DNA from: Octopus sinensis
Lineage: Eukaryota
Direction of reading: 5' to 3'
Assembly (NCBI RefSeq): GCF_006345805.1
Contig: NC_043000.1
Span: 34,224,001 to 34,288,000 of the forward strand
DNA: 64,000 nucleotides
The notes under the pieces are model-generated. The model was given only the letters and a program-made list of their open reading frames with translations. It was not told where the DNA came from and searched no databases. The translations under genes were made by a program, and so were the position numbers. Within the stretch, counting starts at the first letter, position 1, and the number at the start of each line of letters is the position of its first letter. Shown piece by piece: positions 63,826-64,000 of this stretch.

Positions 63826-64000
63826 TTTTGCTATTCTCTAGCTTACGGCGTCTCTACATGCGTATAACTTTCTGTTGCCAGGAGGAGTATTTCTCCTCCA
63901 TGTCTCTATTTAAGACACTCCACTTACCCTTGATTGTATTTGTTGAGGAGTTCTTCCCCTAATTTTATGATGTTATTACTTTCGCTGTTCAGTGCATTTG

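Overview
AT-rich, repeat-saturated eukaryotic DNA. The tRNA-derived SINE families, microsatellite load and LINE content most resemble an octopus/cephalopod genome (inference). I found no convincing host protein-coding gene, and nearly all short ORFs in the track are microsatellite translations. The window holds decayed retrotransposons (R4/Dong, RTE/BovB, L1-Tx1, CR1/L2-like, Penelope-like), decayed DNA transposons (piggyBac, a DD37D/maT mariner, a hAT MITE), three or four SINE families, several fold-back palindromes and very long simple repeats. The standout is a 4.2-kb array (15467-19643) of about 8.6 copies of a ~485-bp, highly structured, non-coding monomer, inserted in a (TA)n tract and with its 5' part inverted. 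Every copy contains a complete type I hammerhead ribozyme (9 in total), so it looks like a young retrozyme / circRNA-generating array. About a dozen further hammerhead or hammerhead-like motifs from unrelated families lie elsewhere. They include a tRNA-headed SINE with a Penelope-type hammerhead tail and a 13-bp target-site duplication, and a two-copy family with a compensatory G3-C8 core. All ribozyme calls come from manual base-pairing against the known consensus; no activity is shown.
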